Shown one piece after another: positions 56,997-64,000 of a DNA stretch of 64,000 nt. The DNA lies in contig JAIGNE010000061.1 of assembly GCA_036528635.1 (NCBI GenBank), positions 3,778 to 67,777 on the forward strand, in the 5' to 3' direction. The translations under genes were made by a program, and so were the position numbers. The notes under the pieces were generated by a model. The model had not been told where the DNA came from and did no database searches. It saw only the letters and a program-made list of their open reading frames with translations. Within the stretch, counting starts at the first letter, position 1. Every line of letters begins with the position of its first letter. The DNA is from Deltaproteobacteria bacterium (GTDB taxonomy: Bacteria; Desulfobacterota; Syntrophia; Syntrophales; Smithellaceae).

Positions 56997-57332
56997 CTAG
57001 CGGACAGCGTCCTGGGCCGCTCCCAGGGTGTCAAATGCGGGAATCAGGGCGATAAACCCCGAAATGGTGAATACGTCCTTGACATTCTCCCGGAGCCTGG
57101 TCATGCACATTTTGCCGTCGCGCGCTTTCATTTTTTTGGCCGTGGTGAGAAATACCCTGAGGCCGGCGCTGCTGATGTATTCGAGTCCGTCCAGATCAAA
57201 AATCAGCTTCTTTTCAGCTTGTTCAAACCACTGGTTGAGCCGCTCTTCCAGCTGCGGAACGGTTACGGCGTCCAACCTGCCGCGAATTGCAAAAACAACT
57301 ATATCTGACTCATTGGTCACAACAATTTCCAT
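56997..57332 (-). CDS. STAS-domain anti-anti-sigma factor (RsbV-like)
   Basis: GRLDA, DLDGLEYISSAGLRV, VKDVFTISGF. Confidence 0.92.
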   Translation of the reverse strand: MEIVVTNESDIVVFAIRGRLDAVTVPQLEERLNQWFEQAEKKLIFDLDGLEYISSAGLRVFLTTAKKMKARDGKMCMTRLRENVKDVFTISGFIALIPAFDTLGAAQDAVR

Positions 57333-57384
57333 CGATATGCTCCTTTTAAATATGGCTCGAACTTGACTACCGCTCGGACGGCAG

Positions 57385-57413
57385 AGTATAGAAAGAACAG
57401 CGATGCCTGTCAA
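57385..57413 (-). promoter_or_regulatory. Sigma70 promoter of the rsbV/W-like pair
   Basis: Minus strand TTGACA-17 nt-TATACT. Confidence 0.7.
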
Positions 57414-57592
57414 CAAGTTTTATAAGAGGTTAATAGGCTGGAGGTTGCAGCTGCAAGGCTGGTCTGGTGGATGATGCAAACCCGGGCCGAATCATCCGGC
57501 GCTGCGGCATTGGCCCCCGAGCTTTAATTTGGATTTGCAGGACGTTTATGCTATAGGGGAGCAAATATTCTGACGCGGGAGAATGGCAACTC

Positions 57593-58900
57593 ATGATCTA
57601 TAATGAAGAATTTGAAACCCTGCCCCGGGAAGCCCTGGAGGCATTGCAGCTTAAAAGACTCCAGCAGGTGGCCCAGCGGGTTTATCATAACGTCGGTTTT
57701 TATAAGAAGTCATTTGACAAAGCGGGCGTCTCGCCCGAAAGCCTGAGAACGCTCGACGATCTGAAGCGTTTCCCTTTTACCACCAAGCAGGACCTGCGGG
57801 ATAATTACCCCTTCGGATTATTCGCCACGCCGATGAGCAATGTTGTGCGCCTGCACGCCTCGTCGGGCACGACCGGCGCGTCCACGGTGGTCGGTTATAC
57901 CAGGCGAGACATTGACGCCTGGGCGGAGCTCATGGGCCGCTGCTTTGTGGCCGCGGGGCTCACCAAGAACGATATCATCCACAACGCCTACGGCTACGGC
58001 CTCTTTACCGGGGGCCTGGGCGCCCATTACGGCGCGGAGAAAATCGGCGCGAGCGTCATCCCGATGTCGGGGGGCAACACCAAGCGCCAGATCACGATTT
58101 TGCAGGACTTCCGCCCGACGGCCATCTGCTGCACACCTTCCTATGCGCTGAACCTCGCCGAACAGGGACGGGCCATGGGCGTGGATATGCGCGCGCTGGC
58201 GCTCCGCGTCGGCGTCTTCGGCGCGGAGCCCTGGACGGAAAAGATGCGCGATGAAATCGAAAAAGTCCTGAATCTGACCGCCATGAACATTTACGGCCTG
58301 TCGGAAATCATGGGTCCGGGCGTGGCGATGGAGTGCACGGAAGCGCGCGACGGCATGCACATTTTTGAAGACCATTTTCTGGTCGAAACCATCAATCCCG
58401 AAACCGGCGAGGTGCTTCCCCCCGGCTCCGAGGGCGAACTGGTTTTCACCACGCTCACCAAGGAAGCCTTTCCGCTCATCCGTTACCGGACGCGCGATAT
58501 GTCCCGTTTGAATCCCGCGCCCTGCCGCTGCGGACGGACGCACTACCGCATGGGCCGCGTCATGGGCCGGAGCGACGACATGCTGATCATCCGCGGCGTC
58601 AACGTTTACCCCTCGCAGATCGAGGCTGTACTGGTCGGCATCGAAGGACTGGAACCGCAATATCAGCTCATCGTGGACCGCGAAGGCACCCTCGACACGC
58701 TGGAAGTCCAGGTGGAACTGTCCGAGACGCAGGCGGAAAACTTTGATGAAGTCAAAGTGCTGCAAAAGCTGGAAGGGCAGCTGAAGAAAGACATGAAAGA
58801 CTATCTCGGCATCACCGCCAAAATCAAGCTGGTGGAGCCCAAAACCATCCAGCGTTCCGAAGGCAAAGCCAACCGGGTGATTGACAGAAGAAAATTGTGA
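57593..58900 (+). CDS. paaK: Phenylacetate--CoA ligase family protein
   Basis: [71 protein letters not shown]. Confidence 0.92.
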   Translation: MIYNEEFETLPREALEALQLKRLQQVAQRVYHNVGFYKKSFDKAGVSPESLRTLDDLKRFPFTTKQDLRDNYPFGLFATPMSNVVRLHASSGTTGASTVVGYTRRDIDAWAELMGRCFVAAGLTKNDIIHNAYGYGLFTGGLGAHYGAEKIGASVIPMSGGNTKRQITILQDFRPTAICCTPSYALNLAEQGRAMGVDMRALALRVGVFGAEPWTEKMRDEIEKVLNLTAMNIYGLSEIMGPGVAMECTEARDGMHIFEDHFLVETINPETGEVLPPGSEGELVFTTLTKEAFPLIRYRTRDMSRLNPAPCRCGRTHYRMGRVMGRSDDMLIIRGVNVYPSQIEAVLVGIEGLEPQYQLIVDREGTLDTLEVQVELSETQAENFDEVKVLQKLEGQLKKDMKDYLGITAKIKLVEPKTIQRSEGKANRVIDRRKL

Positions 58901-58902
58901 AG

Positions 58903-58979
58903 AGCTGATAGCTCATAGCTCATAGTGCATAGTGGATTGCGGGTCGAGTCGCTATCGGCTATGAACTGCGAGCTAAGAA
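58903..58979. repeat. Heptamer tandem repeat with inverted copy
   Basis: AGCTGAT-AGCTCAT-AGCTCAT-AGTGCAT-AGTGGAT, then CTATCGG-CTATGAA-CTGCGAG-CTAAGAA. Confidence 0.65.
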
Positions 58980-58995
58980 CTCCCGTAGGAGCGGT

Positions 58996-60426
58996 GTGGA
59001 CGATTACGTCATCAAAAACCCGCGGCATCAAAATGCCCTGATCGCGCTGATCTGCGCGGGCGCTTTTATCGCCAACCTTGATACGACCATTGTCAACATC
59101 ACGCTGCCCATTCTGTCGCAGGAATTTTCCGTCAGCCCCGGCACCGTTTCCTGGACGGTGCTGGCCTATCTGCTTTTTGAAGCCGGTTTCATGCTGCCGA
59201 TGGGAAAACTGGCGGACATGAAAGGCATCAAGCCTGTTTATCTGACGGGCTTTTTTATTTTTCTGGCAGGCTCGCTTGCCTGCGGCCTCTCCACACGCAT
59301 AGGCGAACTCATCGCCTTCCGCACTTTTCAAGGGATCGGCGGCGCGATGCTGTTCACGGTCATGCTGTCCTTCATTCCTATTTACCTGCCCCCCGGCCGG
59401 CGTGTTCTGGCGACAGGGCTCGCCACCACGGCTGCGGCGGCAGGCGTTGGCTTAGGCCCTCCTCTGGGAGGTTTGATCTCAACTTTTCTCGGCTGGCGCT
59501 GGATTTTTTTTGTCAACATCCCCTTTTGCCTGGCCGCGATTATCGCCGGCTATCACTATATTCCGTCGTCATCCCCGCAGTTTTCGATAAGCCGGTTTGA
59601 TTTTGGCGGCGCTGTCTTGTCCTTCCTTGCGTTCGTTTTTTTCCTGGTTGGCGTCAACATGGGCAGGGAATGGGGCTGGACATCGCCGGTCATCCTGTCG
59701 AGTTTTTGTGTGTCGGCCCTGATGCTGATCCTCTTCGTCCGGCGCGAAAAAAATATCAGCTATCCGCTGATCGATCTTGATCTTTTTAAAGACCGCGTCA
59801 TGATTTTCGGCTTGCTGTCCCTGAGCCTGAGCCTCTTAACCATGGGGGGTATTTTATTCATCTTCCCCTTTTATCTGATTGAAGGCCGGGGACTCGATGC
59901 TCATTTCGCGGGAGCGATCATGATTCTTTTGTCCGTGGGACAATTCGTGGGCCCGTTCACCGGAAGGCTTTCCGAAAAATTCGGCGTGCTTTATGTCTGC
60001 ATCGCGGGCCTGACGTCCGGCGCTGCATCTTTTCTTTTATTTCTCATGCTTGGTCCCGCAAGCCTCCTGCCCTATATCGGTTTGTCGCTGGGTCTGTTCG
60101 GCCTGTCGCAGGGCATCAGTAAAGCGCCCGGCATCAGCGTGATCATGAATTGCCGGACGTCCGCGGGGAAAAATACGGTGGCCGGCGTCATCACCCTTTG
60201 CCGGAGCCTGTCCGTCGCGCTGGGCGTATTGTTTTTTGAAACCATTTTTTCCGAATCGATTCCCGCGAGCATTTCCACGGGCAATACGCATATCGCGGCG
60301 GCCATCCAGCATCCCGGGGAACTCACCTGCGGATTTCACAACGCCTTCCTTTTCGGCATCGTCGTAAGCGTTGCCGCCCTCGTCATGATGATCCTGACCA
60401 GGCAGCGGAAAAAGGCAAAAGACTGA
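58996..60426 (+). CDS. MFS drug:H+ antiporter (DHA2/EmrB-like)
   Basis: LDTTIVNITLP, GKLADMKG, RTFQGIGGAM, GPPLGG, WRWIFFVNIP. Confidence 0.88.
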   Translation: MDDYVIKNPRHQNALIALICAGAFIANLDTTIVNITLPILSQEFSVSPGTVSWTVLAYLLFEAGFMLPMGKLADMKGIKPVYLTGFFIFLAGSLACGLSTRIGELIAFRTFQGIGGAMLFTVMLSFIPIYLPPGRRVLATGLATTAAAAGVGLGPPLGGLISTFLGWRWIFFVNIPFCLAAIIAGYHYIPSSSPQFSISRFDFGGAVLSFLAFVFFLVGVNMGREWGWTSPVILSSFCVSALMLILFVRREKNISYPLIDLDLFKDRVMIFGLLSLSLSLLTMGGILFIFPFYLIEGRGLDAHFAGAIMILLSVGQFVGPFTGRLSEKFGVLYVCIAGLTSGAASFLLFLMLGPASLLPYIGLSLGLFGLSQGISKAPGISVIMNCRTSAGKNTVAGVITLCRSLSVALGVLFFETIFSESIPASISTGNTHIAAAIQHPGELTCGFHNAFLFGIVVSVAALVMMILTRQRKKAKD

Positions 60427-60457
60427 GGCGGCTGCACAAGACGCAGCAGCGCAGCCG

Positions 60458-61378
60458 TCAGTGTGCCGCGCAGTTCTCAAAAGACATTCTGAAGTGCAGA
60501 TTGGACCCGCTATCGTGCACCTCCCAGGCGGCATGGGTCATCGGCGAGACATCCCCCTTCAGGTTTTCCTGTCGATACAGCGCCCGCCTCCCCTGTGGAT
60601 ACGGCGACCGGGAAGGGTCCGGGTTCCTTTCGCCGCGACCGTGCAGAGGCGACGAGTAGCGCGGACCCATGCCGGGAATGCAGATGATGGCATCCAGCGG
60701 ATTTCCCAGGCCGCTTAAAGTAACCCAGGCGACGTACTGCTTTGCGGGATCCAGACGAAGATGCGGCACATCAAAATCCACCCAGTCGGCCTGGAAACCC
60801 TCGGCAGTGCCGGGAATGGCGCACGGCACTGAAACCCATAATTCTTCCGGCCCGGGGCGGTCACCGGCCCACTCGGAAAGCCGGACCTGCAGCTTGAAGT
60901 CCGGCGCCGCCTTGGTATAACTGTCCTGGACGAACAAAAATCCAACTTTAAACAGGACAGGCGTCCGTCGATCGGGCGCGAAGATCTGACCGGCCGCGGT
61001 GACGGCCTCCGCTTTGCCGCTGGCGCGAATCATATAGCTGTTCGATTCCATGCCCCGGACCGGAGTTATGGGCAAGGTTGATTCCATGCGCTTACAGGGC
61101 GGGGCAACGGCTTGCGGCGGCGTGTCGCTGCCCGGAAAAAGAATGAACGCCGCAAAAGCGGCAAGGACAATAAAGATCAGGGCCGCCGCCATGACGGACT
61201 TTTGTCCTTTTGTTTTCTCCTGGCTGTTTTCCGGGACGGGTCCCGCGCTTTCCGCCGCGGGGGGCGGCTGCCATTTTTCGTAAAAAATGCCGCACCGGGG
61301 GCATGCTTCGGCGCCGACGATCCGGTCATCACTCGCCGTTCTTTTGTGTCCGCACTGGGGACAAGTGGTCATGGGCAA
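60458..61378 (-). CDS. Hypothetical membrane-anchored protein with N-terminal zinc ribbon
   Basis: CPQCG...CPRCG, then a Pro-rich linker, one TM helix and a beta-rich C-terminal domain. Confidence 0.65.
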   Translation of the reverse strand: MPMTTCPQCGHKRTASDDRIVGAEACPRCGIFYEKWQPPPAAESAGPVPENSQEKTKGQKSVMAAALIFIVLAAFAAFILFPGSDTPPQAVAPPCKRMESTLPITPVRGMESNSYMIRASGKAEAVTAAGQIFAPDRRTPVLFKVGFLFVQDSYTKAAPDFKLQVRLSEWAGDRPGPEELWVSVPCAIPGTAEGFQADWVDFDVPHLRLDPAKQYVAWVTLSGLGNPLDAIICIPGMGPRYSSPLHGRGERNPDPSRSPYPQGRRALYRQENLKGDVSPMTHAAWEVHDSGSNLHFRMSFENCAAH

Positions 61379-61441
61379 TTCCTTGTTTCCGGATCATCTG
61401 CAGACTACGGCAAAAAAACTTTTTCCCTGAAGCTGATTCCT

Positions 61442-63271
61442 TTATCCGCCGCGCAGGCTTCGGACATGACGGACAATTTGCGCCGCGTCTTCGTAACAGC
61501 TTTTGCCGAAAGGCATAATGAGATACAGTCCGGATGCCGCAGCCGCAATGCCGGAGGCCAGCTCAAGCGCCTGATCCAGGCCGCAGCGGCGCTGATCCGC
61601 GGGCGTTGCATACCGCGCGAAGGCGGCCACAACATTTTCCGGAACGGCAATGCCGGGAATCCGGCCGCCCGCCAGAAACGCGGCGCTGCGCTGGCTGACC
61701 AGCGGCATGATCCCGGGGAAAAACCGGATCGGCAGCCCCGCCAGGGCATCGCTCAGTTTCCTGTAGTCGTCGAGCGTGAAAACCGGCTGGGAGAAGACAA
61801 ATTCCGCTCCGGCGTCGATTTTGGTTTTGAGCCACTTGATCTGCGGCGGGATCGGCCGCGCGACAGCGCAGCCGGCGCAGAAGTCGGGCGGATCGGCAAG
61901 CCCCTCCCCGTTGATGATTTTTCCGTCGCGCAGTCCACGAATCAGGCGCAGCAATTCGACCGAACTGCGCATATCCACAACACGGTGCGCCAGGCTGCCC
62001 AGATGCCCCATCGAAGGCGCATCGCCGGTAATGGCCAGAAGCCCCCGCAAACCCGAATCCCAGCACCCGATCAGCGTCGAGTGCAGGCGCATCAGGTTGG
62101 ATTGCGTCACGCTGAAATGACAGAGGGAAGGCACCCGGAGATCATTCTGCAGGCGGGCCGCCGTGACCATCGCGTCCCTCCCGACAGTCGCTCCGGGATT
62201 ATCCGGCACATTGAACAGGTCCGCCCCGGCTTTTGCCACTTCCGACGCGCCCTGCACGATGGCATCGAGCGTCTGCGTCCGGTCGGCGCGTATTTCCACG
62301 CTGACCACAAAGCGGTTTGACTGCATCAGCGACCGGATGGGATTGTCCGCCCTGCCCGTCCGTTCCGGCGCTCGGGGTGATTGCCCGGCGACGATCGGTT
62401 TTTGCGGCCGCGGCAAAACGGCCCGGTCACCCAGCGCCCGGGCCATCCTGCGGATATGATCCGGCGTGGTCCCGCAGCAGCCGCCGATCATCGCGGCGCC
62501 CGCCTCGGCAAGGGTCAACGCAGCCGAAGCAAAATCTTCCGGCGTAAATGCGTATTGCACGACGCCCCGCTCGATCCGCGGATGCCCCGCATTCGGTGAC
62601 GCGGTTACGGGCAGAGCGGTGTGCGCCAGGATGTAGGAGGCCACACGCACGATCTCCTCCGGGTGGTGGCAGTTCGTCCCGACGGCCGTGACACCCAAGC
62701 GGTGCGCCTCAGCAAGAAGCTGATCCACGCGCTGCCACCGCTCCGGTCCGCCGCCGGCATTCCCGATCTGAAAAATAACCGGCAGGCCGGTTGCGACTGC
62801 GGCTTCAAGCGCCGCCCGGGCTTCCAGCAAATCGACAAATGTTTCGAGCAGGAGCGCATCAGCCCCGCCCAGCGCCCCGCACTGACGGCGGTAAATATCG
62901 ACGAGGGCATCGGCCGGGTAATCATCGATCCGCAGCCCCAGACCCAGCGGCCCTATCGAGGCCCAGACCAGGCAGTCCGAACCGCCCGCCGCCCGCGCCA
63001 GGGCAACGCCGGCGCGGGCGGCGGCCTCGCACAAGTCGGCTACGCCCGCATCGCCGAAGACCAGCGCATTGGCCGCAAAAGTATTGGTCACCAGAATCCG
63101 CGACCCCGCCGCCCGATACGACGCATGCAGGTTTTTGACTGTTTCGGGCTGCCGGAGGTTAAGGAGTTCAACAGGCTCATCGCCCGCGCCGCCCGCCTGG
63201 CGCAGGCAGGTCCCGATGGCCCCGCTGCCGATCAGGATCCGGCGCCCTAATGCTTGCATGGTAGAATCCAT
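61442..63271 (-). CDS. Bifunctional homocysteine S-methyltransferase / 5,10-methylenetetrahydrofolate reductase (YitJ-like)
   Basis: TNTFAAN, LLETF, GTNC, PNAG, GGCCGTTPDHI, then MTHFR motifs LAITGD, KIDAGAEFVFSQPVF, PGIMPL. Confidence 0.88.
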   Translation of the reverse strand: MDSTMQALGRRILIGSGAIGTCLRQAGGAGDEPVELLNLRQPETVKNLHASYRAAGSRILVTNTFAANALVFGDAGVADLCEAAARAGVALARAAGGSDCLVWASIGPLGLGLRIDDYPADALVDIYRRQCGALGGADALLLETFVDLLEARAALEAAVATGLPVIFQIGNAGGGPERWQRVDQLLAEAHRLGVTAVGTNCHHPEEIVRVASYILAHTALPVTASPNAGHPRIERGVVQYAFTPEDFASAALTLAEAGAAMIGGCCGTTPDHIRRMARALGDRAVLPRPQKPIVAGQSPRAPERTGRADNPIRSLMQSNRFVVSVEIRADRTQTLDAIVQGASEVAKAGADLFNVPDNPGATVGRDAMVTAARLQNDLRVPSLCHFSVTQSNLMRLHSTLIGCWDSGLRGLLAITGDAPSMGHLGSLAHRVVDMRSSVELLRLIRGLRDGKIINGEGLADPPDFCAGCAVARPIPPQIKWLKTKIDAGAEFVFSQPVFTLDDYRKLSDALAGLPIRFFPGIMPLVSQRSAAFLAGGRIPGIAVPENVVAAFARYATPADQRRCGLDQALELASGIAAAASGLYLIMPFGKSCYEDAAQIVRHVRSLRGG

Positions 63272-63278
63272 CAATCGA

Positions 63279-64000
63279 TTATTCCTTGTTAAAAAAATCC
63301 GGATAAATCTTTTTTGCACACTCGGGGCAAAGGCCATGGCTGAATTCAGCCTCCGAATGGTCCCTGATATAGACCTCGATTTGTTCCCAGTACCCTTCAT
63401 CCGTGCGTATTTTCTTGCAGGATGAACAAATCGGCAGCATCCCGGTCAACTGCTTGATTTCCGAGAGGGCCTGCTTAAGCTCCGCAATCAGGATCTCCCG
63501 CTCTTTTTCAAATTTCTTGCGTTCGGAGACTTTCCCCAGGCGTTCGGCGACAGCATTGAGCAACGCGCGCTCTTCCTTAAGGAACGGCCCCTCATCCCTC
63601 GGGGGCCTTTCTTCCAGGTAGCCTACTTCCACGAGACCGACCGCCTCATTTTGCATGATAATCGGGGCGGACATCTTCCAGGCCGTTTCCTTAAAATTGC
63701 CGGTTTTGAATTCCCGGCCGCTGACCTTGATTCGCGCACAGGCCATTTCAGGATAATACCAGCCGGACGTTAAAAGGGCGACCGTCCCCTGAAATATTTC
63801 CTCCATCCCGTCAGCCTTATTAATGAGATCTGAAAAAGAAGAGAGGCAATTCAATTCCTTGATGCGTTCCTGCAGCGCTTCTTCCACCAGCTTGCGGGCG
63901 GTGATATCGGTCAGAAGATTGAGCGTCGCGGGCCTGCCGTTCCACTCGATCTTCTTCGTTGAAATATTGAACCAGATGATACGATTGCCCCTGCCCAATG
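63279..64000 (-). CDS. PAS/GAF sensor protein with C-terminal CxxC...CxxC tail (5' part outside window)
   Basis: PAC end, LQERIKELNCL, EGPFLKEERALL, LTGMLPICSSCKKIRTDEGYW...FSHGLCPEC. Confidence 0.85.
   Translation of the reverse strand, partial: LGRGNRIIWFNISTKKIEWNGRPATLNLLTDITARKLVEEALQERIKELNCLSSFSDLINKADGMEEIFQGTVALLTSGWYYPEMACARIKVSGREFKTGNFKETAWKMSAPIIMQNEAVGLVEVGYLEERPPRDEGPFLKEERALLNAVAERLGKVSERKKFEKEREILIAELKQALSEIKQLTGMLPICSSCKKIRTDEGYWEQIEVYIRDHSEAEFSHGLCPECAKKIYPDFFNKE

Noticed and set aside
1-64000. tRNA, rRNA, CRISPR arrays, transposases, integrases, phage or defence genes, in-frame Sec codons
   Set aside because: None recognised by eye; tRNAscan-SE, Infernal and DefenseFinder runs would be needed to exclude them formally.

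Overview
Bacterial chromosomal window, most consistent with an anaerobic Deltaproteobacterium of the Syntrophales/Smithella type (inferred from gene content and intergenic repeats). 1-18.4 kb is an acyl-CoA/fatty-acid catabolic region: AbfD-like dehydratase, FabK/NMO-like flavoenzyme, two acyl-CoA dehydrogenases, two acyl-CoA ligases, a class III CoA-transferase, an ADP-forming ligase alpha subunit, TetR and two PAS-LuxR regulators. It is followed by NAD salvage genes (nudC/pncC), small stress genes, a liv-type ABC operon, xth-GAF-moaE and kefG/kefB-type genes. At 35.75-41.2 kb lies a self-contained operon with its own promoter: a MinD/ParA-like ATPase with an Arg in place of the signature Lys, an ECF S-component fused to HAMP plus a short helical tail, a Zn-dependent dehydrogenase, and a large divergent S-adenosylhomocysteine-hydrolase-fold protein. 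This is the best candidate for an undescribed system. The rest holds a ~2900-aa cyclic beta-1,2-glucan synthase, a probable PPi-type Pfk, PAS proteins with a CxxC/CxxC tail, kup, an RsbV/RsbW-like pair, paaK, an MFS pump and a YitJ-type Hcy methyltransferase/MTHFR. No rRNA, tRNA, CRISPR array, transposase or phage gene was seen. Several REP/MITE-like elements and two structured 5' leaders were found. All calls come from motif recognition by eye, with no database searches.
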